This document shows, one piece after another, positions 27,811 to 40,379 of a DNA stretch of 64,000 nucleotides. Source of the DNA: Lama guanicoe (taxonomy: Eukaryota); the NCBI GenBank assembly GCA_013239625.1, contig MU054323.1, positions 7,677,220 to 7,741,219 on the forward strand, given 5' to 3'. Numbering within the stretch: the first letter of the stretch is position 1; every line of letters begins with the position of its first letter. Position numbers and translations under genes: made by a program. The notes beneath the pieces were generated by a model. It ran no database searches. It saw only the letters and a program-made list of their open reading frames with translations, and was not told where the DNA came from.

Positions 27811-29899
27811 CACGATGTATAAAAGCGTGGGATTTGGGGCAGAATCTCCTGAAGCAGGAGACGGATCTTTGAGTGGGTTCCCAAACTTGTCCATAGCTAG
27901 TTTAACTCTGTGTGATTCCACATTGACCTTGGAAAACAAGCGGCAAGAAGGCTTTTCATTAGAACTGTTTTAAACCTCTGCACCTGTTTGCTAAGAAATA
28001 ACATCTTTACAATAGTTTTCCCATTCAGAAATATAAAATGATTAGTATTTATTAATTTTTCAGTAACACTAACAAACAGAGCTTACAAAATACTAGGCAT
28101 TGTACAAAGAACTTTTCACACATTTCAGCCTAATCACCTAAGACCTCAAATCGTAAATTCTATTATTATGTCTATTTTAAAGTTGGGGAAATTGAATACA
28201 TGTAGATAGTGTAAATCCCTCCAACTCCAAATGTGGTCCTTAGGCCAACACACCAGTGTCCCCTGCAAACGTTATAAATGTAGAATCTGACTACCTTGCA
28301 GACCTAGTGAATAAAAATCTACATTTAACAAGCTCCCCAGATGATTCTTTTACACATGAATGTTTCAGCACTGGTTTAAATAACTTGTCCAAGCTGATAT
28401 AATAAATTCAATAAATTTTTAAGACACAGAATCAGTCCAGATTAAGATTATTCTCAAGTTGCTATTAAAAATAGTCCTATTTTCCTCATTATGTCTTTCA
28501 CAGGTAATTAATGATATATATGAAGTGTTCTATTATCTTTATCTTATAATCCATTTCTTTTTTAAACCTTCTCTCTCTACCCTCCGACCTCACACACAAA
28601 CATACATATAAAAAATATAAAGGAGAAAACCTTTCCTAACATATTAATCGATTTCATCCATCCACTAAACTAATCCAAAATCTAATCCATCCACTTAAAC
28701 TTAGAAAATTTGCCAGAACCCTCAAATCAGGTAGGAAACTAATCACTATAAGCCAATAGCAATAAACTTAAAATTTTATGTTACCACTTAGAATAAGTCA
28801 CTAACACCATTAAGCACTTTATTTGAAACTAAATATGGCTAACCCAACTACTGAATAATTCAGACATCAGTGGGTTAAAGATTCAAGATGATTTGGGCCA
28901 TCCCAGGCTATAAATTCCAATGAAAGTCCATTCTAAAGGTAGCATCAACTGCTTAATGTCAGTAGTCAGAGAATGTTCAAATGAAAAGTCTTTCACAACA
29001 TAACTAATACTAAAAGATGGATCAAATTACTGAGAAGATACTATAATTAATAAGGTTCACAATGTCCCTTGATGTTCAGTACTAAGTACACATGTATTTA
29101 CCATTAACCAATTTCAGTTTTGTCAAGCAAGGTCAGAAGAATTACCACAGAAACTTTCCTATGTCCAAATGTAATTCAAAAGGGTGTTGGGAGGCAAATA
29201 CCTTGGTGTGTCTTGGAGTAACTTTCTTTCACAAACAAGAGAGAGATAATCAGCTTTCCAGGCAAACAATACTTACTATAGTTGGTTAACTTTACTCATA
29301 CTGTGCTCTCCTAAAAGTGCTCTCTTGAGTGTCTTCTGTTATCTCTAATTTAAAAAGGTGAACAACAACAAAAAAGATTTAGTTCGCATCTGCAAGAAAG
29401 TGAGTTAAGCTCTGCAGGTAGAAACATTTAAAGTCTCTGCCTTCAAGGAGCACAGTCTGATATAATAAAAACTGAATTTCCTCCTACTTGTCCACAACAA
29501 AATATGTATTTTCTTTAGGGGAGATATGCCTTCACGGCTAAACATTTTTTAAAAGCACTCAATTTATAATCTTTGAGTGGACAAAGTTTTTCTTAATAGG
29601 ACTTAAAACCTTTTAGAAAAGCACAAAAGGTAAAGACTGAGAAATTTACTTAACATTAACATACAAAATATTTGGGCAGGGAAAAAAAAACTGCATAAAT
29701 CAAGTCAAAAGCCAAAAATGGGCAACAGATCTGCGACACATACGACAAAGGGCCAGTTTCTTTAATCTACAAAGCACCCTTAGAAATTAGTATTAAAAAA
29801 GACCAGGAAGAAAGGGAAAAAAGGCAAAAGAGCTGAACAGACAAGTTTATTGAAAAATACACAAATAAGCAATAAGCATAGGAAGTTACCTTATACCTG

Positions 29900-30045
29900 C
29901 ACTGTTCAATCAAAACAAATGTGGCTATTTAAGCTTAAGTTAATTAAAATTAAATAAAATTCAGTTCCCTAGTCACATTAGCCACATTTCAAGTGCTCAA
30001 TGGCCACATGTGACTAGTGGCTAGTGTACTAGATAGCACAGATAT
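29900..30045. mobile_element. MER3/MER33-like hAT-Charlie fragment
   Basis: ctagtcacattagccacatttcaagtgctcaatggccacatgtgactagtggct. Confidence 0.75.
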
Positions 30046-33000
30046 AGAACATTTCTACTAAACAGAACAACAAAATAAATGCTTTGTTAATATATCAAAA
30101 TGACAGAGTAAAGACTGATATGTTTCTTGGATTACAGAGAAAAGTGGGGAAAAAAGTGAAGCTCTCAAGTTTTTGGTGGGGAATATAAATTCGTACAAAC
30201 AAGTTCACAAACTCTGTATCTTAACTATTCCATTCACACAAATGCACATACACACAATATACATGCACACATACACATATGCCTAAATGTATATACTGAG
30301 GTATTTGTTACAAGAGGGGAAAAAAACTATAAATGACTATTTCAAATGATGTACATCCAAAAAGTGGAATAATAAGAAATCATTAAACAGAATGAAGCAG
30401 TTACATATGTAACGGCATTAAAAAGCATCCATGACATTCAGAAAGAATGCAAATTCAAGAACTGTATACAGAATATAGACAGGTATACATGTTTATGCAT
30501 ATTTCCATATACAGGGTTGAAAGTCCAGAAAGCTACATTCAAGCTATCAACTATAGTTAATTTCAGTACGGTAACTAAATTATTTTCAATATTTGCATAT
30601 GCAGACTTTCCCTTAATCCCTATTTTCAGTATAGTGACTCATCCAAGATTTAACTCTCTACAAACTTTGACTTTTTTAAAATAATGATCCTATATGACTG
30701 TAACAGAAACTCAATTTAAAGTAATATTGTTTTTAAGTCATGTCTAAAGAGTTCTAAAAATAAGTACATTCAATAACCTTTAAAACACTAAAAACATAGT
30801 AAATCAAACTTAACTAAAGATACTAAATTGCACAATACTACAATACTAAAAACTATGAGGATGGCCTCTATGAGATATGGAATGAAAGAATACAGAACTA
30901 GAGGGGCATTCAGAGGTCTTTTGTAAGAAGGACAAAGACAGCACGTTTTAAACCTAATTGATCAGTTCCCTGTAGTTACATCTGCCACACACTGCCTCCT
31001 TTCAGACAGCTTCCGAAGTGAAAACATAATATCCTTTCACCGAAAGCAAAATCGCACAGCCTTTTAAGAGTAGATAGATTCTGTGGATGAGGAAACAGCA
31101 AGGACTTCTGCAAATCTGACGTCATTTTCTCAGCTCCTGTCATAATTCTAGGAGATGTAGCAGCAGCCACACCCTTCACAGAAATTTTTAACTTACGTGT
31201 TCAAAAAGATTTTTTTCCCTTCCTTTTCCTTAGTTTGTTTGTGGGCTTTCAAGACAGGAACGAAAAAACAAGGCAGAAGGATGAACTGAAAATATAACAC
31301 AAAATTCAAGAGCAAAACACAGGGAACTTTACTTCAATACTATAGCAAGAAGGAAGATCTCTCAAGCAAAGAATGTTACATCAAATCATATAGCACAAAT
31401 ACACTTGCAGAGAGCAATTTCAGAAAAGTATCAAATACCTTAGAATTTTATGTCAATTATACCTCGATAAAGTTGAAATTTAAAATAATGTAAATATGCA
31501 ATTATTGTTTTGAAAATTATGGGTCAGGGCAGTTTCTCAGTTTTTAACCCATACTCTTTACAATCTTACTCTATTTTTTCTGTATTCCACAAACTAAAAA
31601 GATTTTGTCCAGTTTTACTTTCTATAAAACAGTATTACAAGAACAATAGATTTCTTTAATATGTTTTTCCAAGATATACACTCTCTTCTGGAGATTCTAA
31701 CACAACTACAAATATAATACAAATACAAACTTGAAAGGACTCTGGCCTGGTCAATATATACCCAAGGAGACATAACCAGGCCTGGCTAGAATTCTAGTCT
31801 TACTTTTTAAGAAAAAAATTATTCATGGTAAAGATTAAGAGCACTGAAAATTTCCAAACTGTATTTTAAGATGTTTTCCTTTCTAATCATTATTTTACCT
31901 TTCTAATCACTTATTTTACATAATCATATACTTTATTATTTTACTTTTAAGTAATTCTTTTCCATTTTCAATACTTCCTACATAAAAGTAATTATAATTA
32001 GCCTGTGTTACTCCTTTAAAAGAAATCTCCTATCTTCCATCTTATTCCCTAACGTAAATGACTTTAGGTAAAAGACATAAATAAAAATCTATGTACATCC
32101 AAAGTTATATAAATCGCTCAGTGAAGTCTACATAGATAGCATCTAAAAAAAAAAAAACACTTTTTCTTCAGTCTATAAATCACATGCTACGGACTGATGC
32201 TACAGTTCACTATGGGCCTCATCTCTAACACACATAACTTCACTTCTCATACTGTGACCTCTTTACTCTCCAAAAACACCCAAAGGTACCTCTAGTGCAA
32301 TCTCTTAAGGTCTGCCTCTCTGTTGCTTCCATCTACAATCACAACAAACTTGTCCTGAAAGGACATTTTTCCCTCTGAATGTTCCCCTAGTTGTGGCAGG
32401 TGACAAGGGAAAGAAAAAAAAAAGAAAACACTATCAACAAGATTATACTATTTTGAAAGTTCTGCTTTGCAAAAACTGCTAAATTCCTCAGGGATGTCAC
32501 CAAATATTTACATGATACATCTTTTTTTTTTTTAATGAGCATAACTTTGAACATAGTTCTAGATTCAATGGAATGGTTCTCAGTATCTCTGGCTTACTAC
32601 AAATTTTTTAATTTAAATTCAAATTTTAAATTTTTAAATTTGCACCAAACATTATACTACAGATCTCTCATCCAAAACACTTCATCAGTACCATCACTGC
32701 CATTATTAAAATTTAAAACATGTAAGACCGTTAACAAAATACTTGAATAATACTTTTTATAACTAGTTTATTTATTTATTTTTTGAATCAGATCATATTT
32801 TATTGAAAATATTCAGGAGTCTTTACCTTTTTTTTAACATTTTTTATTGATTTATAATCATTTTACAATGTTGTGTCATAACTAGTTTATTTACATGAGA
32901 CAAATATAAGATCAGAAGGGACACAATCCTGTGTGGTGAAATGAGCATTCAAGTTCATTTGGAGCTCAACTTCATTTTTCTGCCCGGTGTCCTTAGTTAT

Positions 33001-34925
33001 TGGAACTAGTCTACACATTTAATCAGCCTTTTAATATAATTTTACAATTACATAATAATTATGAATCTTATTTTATCAGATTGTTCACAGCAACCTTGTA
33101 TCAAACTAGGTAGCTCTCACATACTCACACACACCCCAAGTATGTATATATACACACATATAATTGATTGAATAATTTTATCTATCTGTTGTTATATTAT
33201 TGGCTAGGAATAAAACCCCATTTTAATAATGCTCCCTAAAACAGGATTGGTCTACAATGTATCAAAAACACAATGAAATAAAAGCAGATGTTGCCTGAAT
33301 TCATAAAAAATTTTAATTTTTTCTTTCTGGAATGCTATTCCTAGAATATTTGACCTTAATGCCTATGAAATAAGTTTTAAGACTTACTTCTCCTGGTCCT
33401 CTTGATCTTATAAATATATAGTTTCCTAATTTAGGTCAAAGTTACTTCCATTTGTCAAATCACTAATTTTTTTACCTCATTTTGTAGCCTGAAAATATTA
33501 AAGACTTACTTTTGTCTATTTCTCTCATATTTACTTCTACTTATTTCTCCTACAAACAGAAATCTTTTGAACACTGAGGTTTAGTTTAAGTCCTCACTTC
33601 ACAGATGACAAAACTAGCTAAAAAGAGTAGTGTTTTCTAGATTTTGGCTATTAAAAAAAGAAAAAAGTTTTAGTGTCACCATTCTTTCTAAAATTCATTA
33701 TTATTTAGACTGAGACTTTATACATTTGTCAAAATCAAAAATACCAAGCCACTATTATACTAATCCTTTCAAGAACTCACTCAGAACTCTATTGATTAAG
33801 CTAGTCTTTTCCATCTTTTAACTAGCTAGGGCATGAAATGTTTATTATAAATGAGCAAAAATGCTAATTTATTAAAGGAAAATCTAAACAGTAGATGCAA
33901 ATATTTCCTATTTGTCACAATCTCCCAATTATAGGACTATTTTATCCAAAGAGATAATTCAAAAAGCATTCAAGATTCTAGAGACTTAAAATTAACATAA
34001 CTATGGTTGGGATCTGCTTACCTATAAATAAAATTTACCATCCTTCTTTTAATAAAGGAAGTCTTGAGGTAGTAATGATCAAGTAGAACAAAGTAAAACA
34101 GTCTTTTGCGAAGGACCAATTTCCTCACCACCAAAAAAATTATTTCTAGAGTTTTTTCTTCAGAGGGAAACGACCAGCAGTCAGTTATGAAGATATGTTG
34201 TAAGTGAAAACACTCAACAAATAAAATGTGCTTTTATTTATTCACTAACTTTTCCACATTTCCAACTAAAACAGGCATACAAGTTCAAGACTCATCAACC
34301 CCTCAAAACATAAAGTTTACCAAAAAAATGCACAAGACTGAATAAACAGCAGGACCCAGATTTGGAGAAATAATTTTAAAGGCTGGATGGTAATACACCA
34401 AAATGTTAACAGAGCTCTGAGGGGTGAACTACATGATTTTTTATTTTCTTCTTTATATGCTTCTATAATTTTCAAAATTTTCCCACAGTGAACATTACTT
34501 TCCTAATCAGAAAACTTCCTTTAAAAAAAAATACAAAATATAATAAAGGTTCGTTTAAAAGACCTCTCCATGTTCTACAAGTATTACTGACATGATTCAC
34601 CATTAGAGATAATGCCTCCACACCTTCTCAGTGCCCAACACTAAAATGCTGCTGTTTTATGTCCTATTACTCTTCTGCTGCACTCTCAAAGATGGAATGA
34701 ACTTGACTTTCTCCAAACGTTTCATTTCTACATACACAGGCGCTTTTAAGTTTTTTTATATAATATAATAAAAGTTGTTACTCATTCTCAAAACTCCACT
34801 TTTTAAAAATTGACCTCTAAATTTCGTTGTAATAAATTTAAAAGGAAAAAAAGTGGTTTTATCCACTAATTACTTAGTTTCGTGAAGCCACCATCACTTT
34901 AGCTGCGGAAAAGTCAAGGCCGGGT

Positions 34926-35007
34926 AAACTACAGGTCCCACCATGCATTGCTGCCTTGTTCAGAGTAGGTCTCTACGGAAACAGAAAAAAAAATTCTACA
35001 AGTCCCA
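34926..35007 (+). promoter_or_regulatory. ZNF143/THAP11-type (ACTACA-linked SBS) motif pair
   Basis: AAACTACAGGTCCCACCATGCATTG at 34926-34950 fits ACTACAnnTCCCAnnATGC; partial second copy CTACAAGTCCCA at 34996-35007. Confidence 0.6.
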
Positions 35008-35069
35008 CCTGTTACTTCGTTTCTAAACACCTTCTGCACTTTCAGCTCCAACAGCAAATATAAAGCAAG

Positions 35070-36260
35070 AGCCTCGTGACCTGCGGTCGGATCCGGGAGC
35101 CCAGACAAGCAGGGGGCCCGGGGTCAGGCGGCATGTCCGCTATAGCGGGTCAATTCTACCCAGCTCCAGCGCTCCCCTCTTCTTTCCGGGGCTGGGTGCA
35201 CGCACAAGCCTTCTCCTATCTGCATCCAGTGGGGGCTCTTGAGCCGCACAAGGGAGAAGAACCGGTTACTGTGCAAGCACAACACACTTCCCCATGCCGG
35301 GGCGGGGGCTACCACAGAGCGGGGGTGAGAGCATCGTGACCCCAAGAGGCAGCTTCAAAACACCAAGAGGACTCGTCGCAGACGCAGGGAGAAGCCACAG
35401 CCCCGCGGCGACCCTCTTCCGCTGAGCGCCTCCATTCCCACAGGGACCACAAGCCGACACTAACCGCCGCCCTCGCCGCGCGGTTTTGTGCCCCCTCAGC
35501 CGGGTCGCAGGGCCACTGACCTCCCTTCCCCTGCGACCGGCGGGCGAGAGGGAACGAAATCCTCCCGGTCTTCCCCTTCGCCCCCCTCCCCCTTACCGTC
35601 TTGGCGGCCTCCGCCCAGGTCCTGCCCTTCTTCCTACGGCCCTTTTCCCTCATGTCGGGTCTTGAACTGACTGGGAGGCTCCCGTGTCCGGGCTCCGGCC
35701 GCCTTCCCTGCCTGCTCTGCCCTGCGCTGTTTTTCCCGCGGTGCCGGGAAAGGTGGGAGAAAGGGGAAGTCAGGCCGGAGGAGCACCCAAACAGAGGAAG
35801 CGGCGGGGGTGGTGCGCGGGGGGGGGGCCTATGGGGCGGCCGGTCCTCCTGCTGCCGTTGCCACTGCTACCGCCGCTGCCATATTGGGTCCTTACTGTAC
35901 AGGCAGCCGCTACGGTCATGTGACCGCTCCCGCGCGGCCGTCACTACTGTACGCAGCCGGCCGCGCGAACGAGCGCTCGCGCGCCCCCGCCACCCGCGCG
36001 GGGCTGCAGGGAGAACCAGCCGGCGGTCCGCGGAGCCAGGCCACTCCCCCGCCCTTCCGCTTTCTGCCTCTCCTGCGGAGCATGCGCGTCGGGGAGGTCC
36101 GACCCTGCTCTGGGTCGCGCGTCCGGCGCTCACGCCTACAGTGAAAACCTGCCTGCGGAAGCGGAACTTCATCCGTCCGGGAAGGTTTATTGAACGGATT
36201 CTGACCGCGTGCGGGGCGCCACGGTGGTTATAGAGACTGGGAGGAGCCGAGCTCTTCCTT
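35070..36260. promoter_or_regulatory. ASXL2: CpG island / ASXL2 promoter and 5' UTR
   Basis: Abrupt GC/CpG enrichment; GC box CCCCGCCC 36047-36054; NRF1-like GCATGCGC 36080-36087; tandem ETS GCGGAAGCGGAA 36155-36166; palindromic CGGTCATGTGACCG 35913-35926; YY1-like AATATGGC (minus) near 35880. The TSS cannot be placed from sequence alone. Confidence 0.9.
35597..35653 (-). CDS. ASXL2: ASXL2 coding exon 1 (MREKGRRKKGRTWAEAAKT), phase-0 donor
   Basis: ATG at 35653-35651; the 19 codons match the recalled ASXL2 N-terminus; donor ACG|GTAAG at 35596; lies in the CpG island. Confidence 0.97.
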
Positions 36261-36798
36261 CTAGGGGTGACCTACCGAGCTATCAATTTTAATAAGCCTC
36301 GAACTTGTGTTTTTTATTTGTCCATTTTTTTTACAAAGGTTATCTTTTCGAAGATTTGGAACAATTCTCGTCTACTTGATTACCCCATTTGATAGATGAA
36401 GCAATTTGAGATCGAGTGACTTGCCAAACTCTCGAGTCTAGAACGTGGTGAAACCAAATGTTAAATTGCCGGCTCAGAGCCCATTACATCTCTCCAGAGT
36501 GCCTCTCAAACTTGGATGACTTTTATCTTAAGGCCACCAGTAACTACATTCACGCTTTTACATGTGAATGTCTCATCAAGGACACAAATGGTGTCTTTTT
36601 TATGTTGGTGATCTCAGTCCCTGGCGCAGTGCCTGTACATATCAGGCGCCCAGTAAATATTTACTGAATGATTCAGCTGTACCTGCAGTCGGAAACCATT
36701 ATTTGTAATGCCCATAACGGCTTCCTAAAATATCAGAATGTGGCATCTTCTGTTGCACGGTCCATGTCTTTATACTTTACAAAGTTAAAAAACTGTAT

Positions 36799-36898
36799 GG
36801 GGGTGGTGGGTATAGCTCAGTGGTAGAGTGTGTGCCTTGCATGCTCAGTACCGCCATTAAAAAAATAAATAAACCTAATTACCCCCTCCCCCAAAAAA
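36799..36898 (+). mobile_element. Vic-1-like SINE with B-box region deleted
   Basis: Head joins directly to cagtacc; conserved aaacctaattacccc tail. Confidence 0.85.
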
Positions 36899-39891
36899 GA
36901 ATGTGTAGTCACGCCTACTAATCTCCCAAATCCACCTGCTTTCAGAAGCTGCTTCTGATCTACTAAACTTACTATATTCTAAAATAAGACTGAGTGTTGG
37001 ACTGACTTTTAAGAGAAAAGATAGTTGAGAACAATACTTGACTTGGAGCCCATGAATGGGTTTCAGAAGTTCATGGATCCCCTAAAATTATGGACAACAT
37101 TTTGTGTGTTGTGCATTTTTCTAGAAAAGGATTCATACCTTACCCTTAATATTTCAAAAGGGATCTGTTACACACACTCACACAAAGTCTTAATAGGGAG
37201 TTTGAGAGGTCATCTAGATAATTCCTTGTCTTTCTCCTTTAGTCATTAATCAAACAGCCCCAAATTAGTAATTGATATGGATATATTTTCACAAATTCCT
37301 TTAGTAACTCTTAGAACTATCCATAACACTCGAAGTATATACCATCTCCCTCTAAAGCCTAAGTCTATAGTAAATTCAAGAAGCCCATCTCCATTCCCAG
37401 CCATTGATTGGGGCTTGCCATCTAGCCCTGTTGCCTGGGCACTTAACCTCAGCTTGTTTTCACATCCTGCTGGGGCAGATATTCCCACTGTCCTTTCTTT
37501 GCTTTTCTGGAGCTCCATTCCGAAATTGTAACTTCAAGAGTAGGCACTGTGGTATTGCAGTTCCTACTTTTTAATCTTTCACAGATCTGAGTAATTTATT
37601 ATTATTGTTGTTGTTATTAAATTATAGCCCAGAAAGTATTTTTGTCCCAATGTGTATTGATTCAATTTGTTATGCCTACTTGCATCTTTTCACTTCATTT
37701 CCACTCAAGTTCTGGATTTCCCTAAATGTTCTGTTTCTGCTCCCACCTACTCAAACCCATCCTTCAATGGATGACAGATCTTTCTTCTTAAAACCCCACC
37801 CTCTCCCATTACAACACTCTCCCTAATTTCTAATCAAGTCAGAATTTCTTAGCTCTATTTCTACTTTTGCCTCTTCATTTGAATAATAATATTGATTCTC
37901 ATAATAATATAATATTGCTTCATTCATCATATAAAAATTAGTGGCCCCTAGGTGCAGTCTCACCTTGCCTCTGTTCAGCCCCTAGATTTAGCTATAAACT
38001 TGCTAATCCTAACCTCCTTCTCTTTACTATAGGCAACCCTTCCTTCAGTACACTGTACACCATACTGTATACAGGACTCCATCCCTTCTCAACCTTCTTT
38101 GGGATGGTACTCCATAAACTATGCCTATTTTTTCATTATTTTCTAGCTCTGACTCCCCTCTACCATCTTTTACAAGCCTACTCAAAATCCTTCCAGACTA
38201 AATAAAGAAACCTCTTTACCCTACCCTACCAAATTATTTTTCTTTCTCTTCTTTGCCCATAAATATTTTGAAAGTGTGGCCTACGCTCACTGTCTCTACC
38301 TCCACAGTTTCCACTTACCCTTCTGTCCTTCTAAGTGTAACAATAAATCTCCTCTACATTAAAAAATAGAGGTCTGGCTCTATGTGAATGACCTGCTCTT
38401 ACAAACTTTAGCTCAGTGTTCTACAGAAAATGAAGTCAAGAATTTTCATGCTACAAATGTCCAACCCCAAACCCAAGCCATCCTCTGTTTTGAAATCCAC
38501 ATGAGATTTTTATTTTCAAAATAAAAATAACCGTTTTTCATGCTTACAAAATTTCTCATAAAAATTCCGTAGATATTCATTACATCTGTAGAAGCAGAGG
38601 CTGACACTTGACTCCTCATGCAATTAATTGATTGGAGCGCTCTGAGGAGAAACCTGTAAGAATATAAAGGAAGCACGATAGGAAAAGAAGCTAAGGAAAG
38701 TTGTGATTTCAGCTGAAGCCAAGCCTCAGCCTGATACTTCAGCTGAGCATGAGTGCCCCAACAGAATTATCCCACCTTGAGATATGAGATAAGGCTTTTG
38801 TATCTTCTTATCAAACAGCCTTACACTTACAGGAAAAAAGGCCTTCCCTTTCCTTCCCTGGTGAGGAATGGAGGTCAGTTGTAACCCCGCAGGCATTTCC
38901 AGGAAAGATGGTTCTTATTGACCAAGGGCAATTCTTTTGAGAAAAATGCAGTCATGAGCCCTCAGCTGCCAACACTCACAGCAGCTGGGAGATATGTATA
39001 TTGGAAGGGGGTCTGGGCAATGCAGCAATAGGGTATTAAAAGATAGAAAGAAGAAATTTTAAATCCACCACAAAGAAATCACCCAGATTATTTTCATATT
39101 TATTTATTACAAAATAGCATGTATAATGACTCGATTTTATATTTATTTTTAAACATTATATATGTATCCTTTAATGAAAATGAATCATATTACACATGCT
39201 GTTTAATTATATTTTTATACTTAAACTATACTGCAGACTATATTTCCATTTTAAGAAACATGGACCTAGAAGGACAGGAGATATATTAATACAATACCTG
39301 ATATCTCCATGTGGAGGAAATGCCCTAGAGTAACCATACTGGCCTCTTGTTATCTTCCTTACTCATTGCCTAGTCTGAAGAGGGATGAGGTGCCTGCATG
39401 TCTGGGGAGAGATAGTCATTGAATCACATTTCTTGATTGTTGCAGCTGAGCTATTGAAAGACCATAAACATAAAGAATTCACTCCCTTTGCTTTCCTGCC
39501 TGCGCTGGACTGGTGTAGTTAAGTATTTAACCTCCTTAAATACTTCTTCTCTTTCACCAAGGTGAGGTATCTTAAGGTCTAGATTTGGGGAATTGGGGAC
39601 AGGAAGTGCTAGCAAGCCCGTTTGGCCCTCACACCTAGGCTGTTTTATCTACAACAGTTTTATCATTATGAAGGTGGTATTTTTATCTCCATATGCTTAC
39701 CTCCTCTATGAATCTTTCCATTTTTTGCCAAAATGGGCCAGTTAACAGCCTCAAACTCCAACATACAACACAAATTTAAAGAGCTACATTCAATTCCATT
39801 GTTTGAATTATTTACAATTATTATAACCAATCTCCTGTAGTTAACATTTCCTATAATTAACATTTCAGTCCTATTAAAAACAGTACTGAAA

Positions 39892-40050
39892 CAACAAGGA
39901 TCTACTGTATAGCTCAGGGAATGATAGTCAATATTTTGTAATAATCTATGATGGAACAGAATCTAATATATATACATAAGAAACTGAATTGCTTTTCAGT
40001 ACACTTGAAACTAACACAGTATTGTAAATCAACTATACTTCATTAAAAAT
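39892..40050 (+). mobile_element. L1 3' end
   Basis: caacaaggatctactgtatagctcaggg...attgtaaatcaactatacttca. Confidence 0.8.
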
Positions 40051-40379
40051 AATACTGAGAAAATATCCTTGCTACTCATTCGTAGAAAGAGATCTAAGAA
40101 ATATTAAAGTGAGAAAGGCAAGGTGCAGAATCATATGCATGATATGGTCCCATCTGATGAAAAAAAAAAAAGGAAGGGATAAAATAGGCATTATTTTTGG
40201 TTGCCAAAGGATGACTGCAGACCACCACAAATTCAATCAATTGAATGTTATGTGAAGAATTACACACATTTTGAAAAATGCACTCCTGGCGTGACACTGA
40301 GCCCCAGGAGAGACGAAGCTCCTGACCACACAGCCAGAAAAGAATATCTATTATGAGCTTGGTTCTGTCAGTGAGTTCT

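Noticed and set aside
35309..35596. Continuation of the 114-aa ORF beyond ASXL2 exon 1
   Set aside because: It is read-through into intron 1 past a good GTAAG donor; the true protein continues in exon 2.
35601..36233. 210-aa plus-strand ORF and other overlapping ORFs across the CpG island
   Set aside because: Non-ATG starts, low-complexity R/G/P/A composition and scarcity of stops expected at high GC; no recognisable homology.
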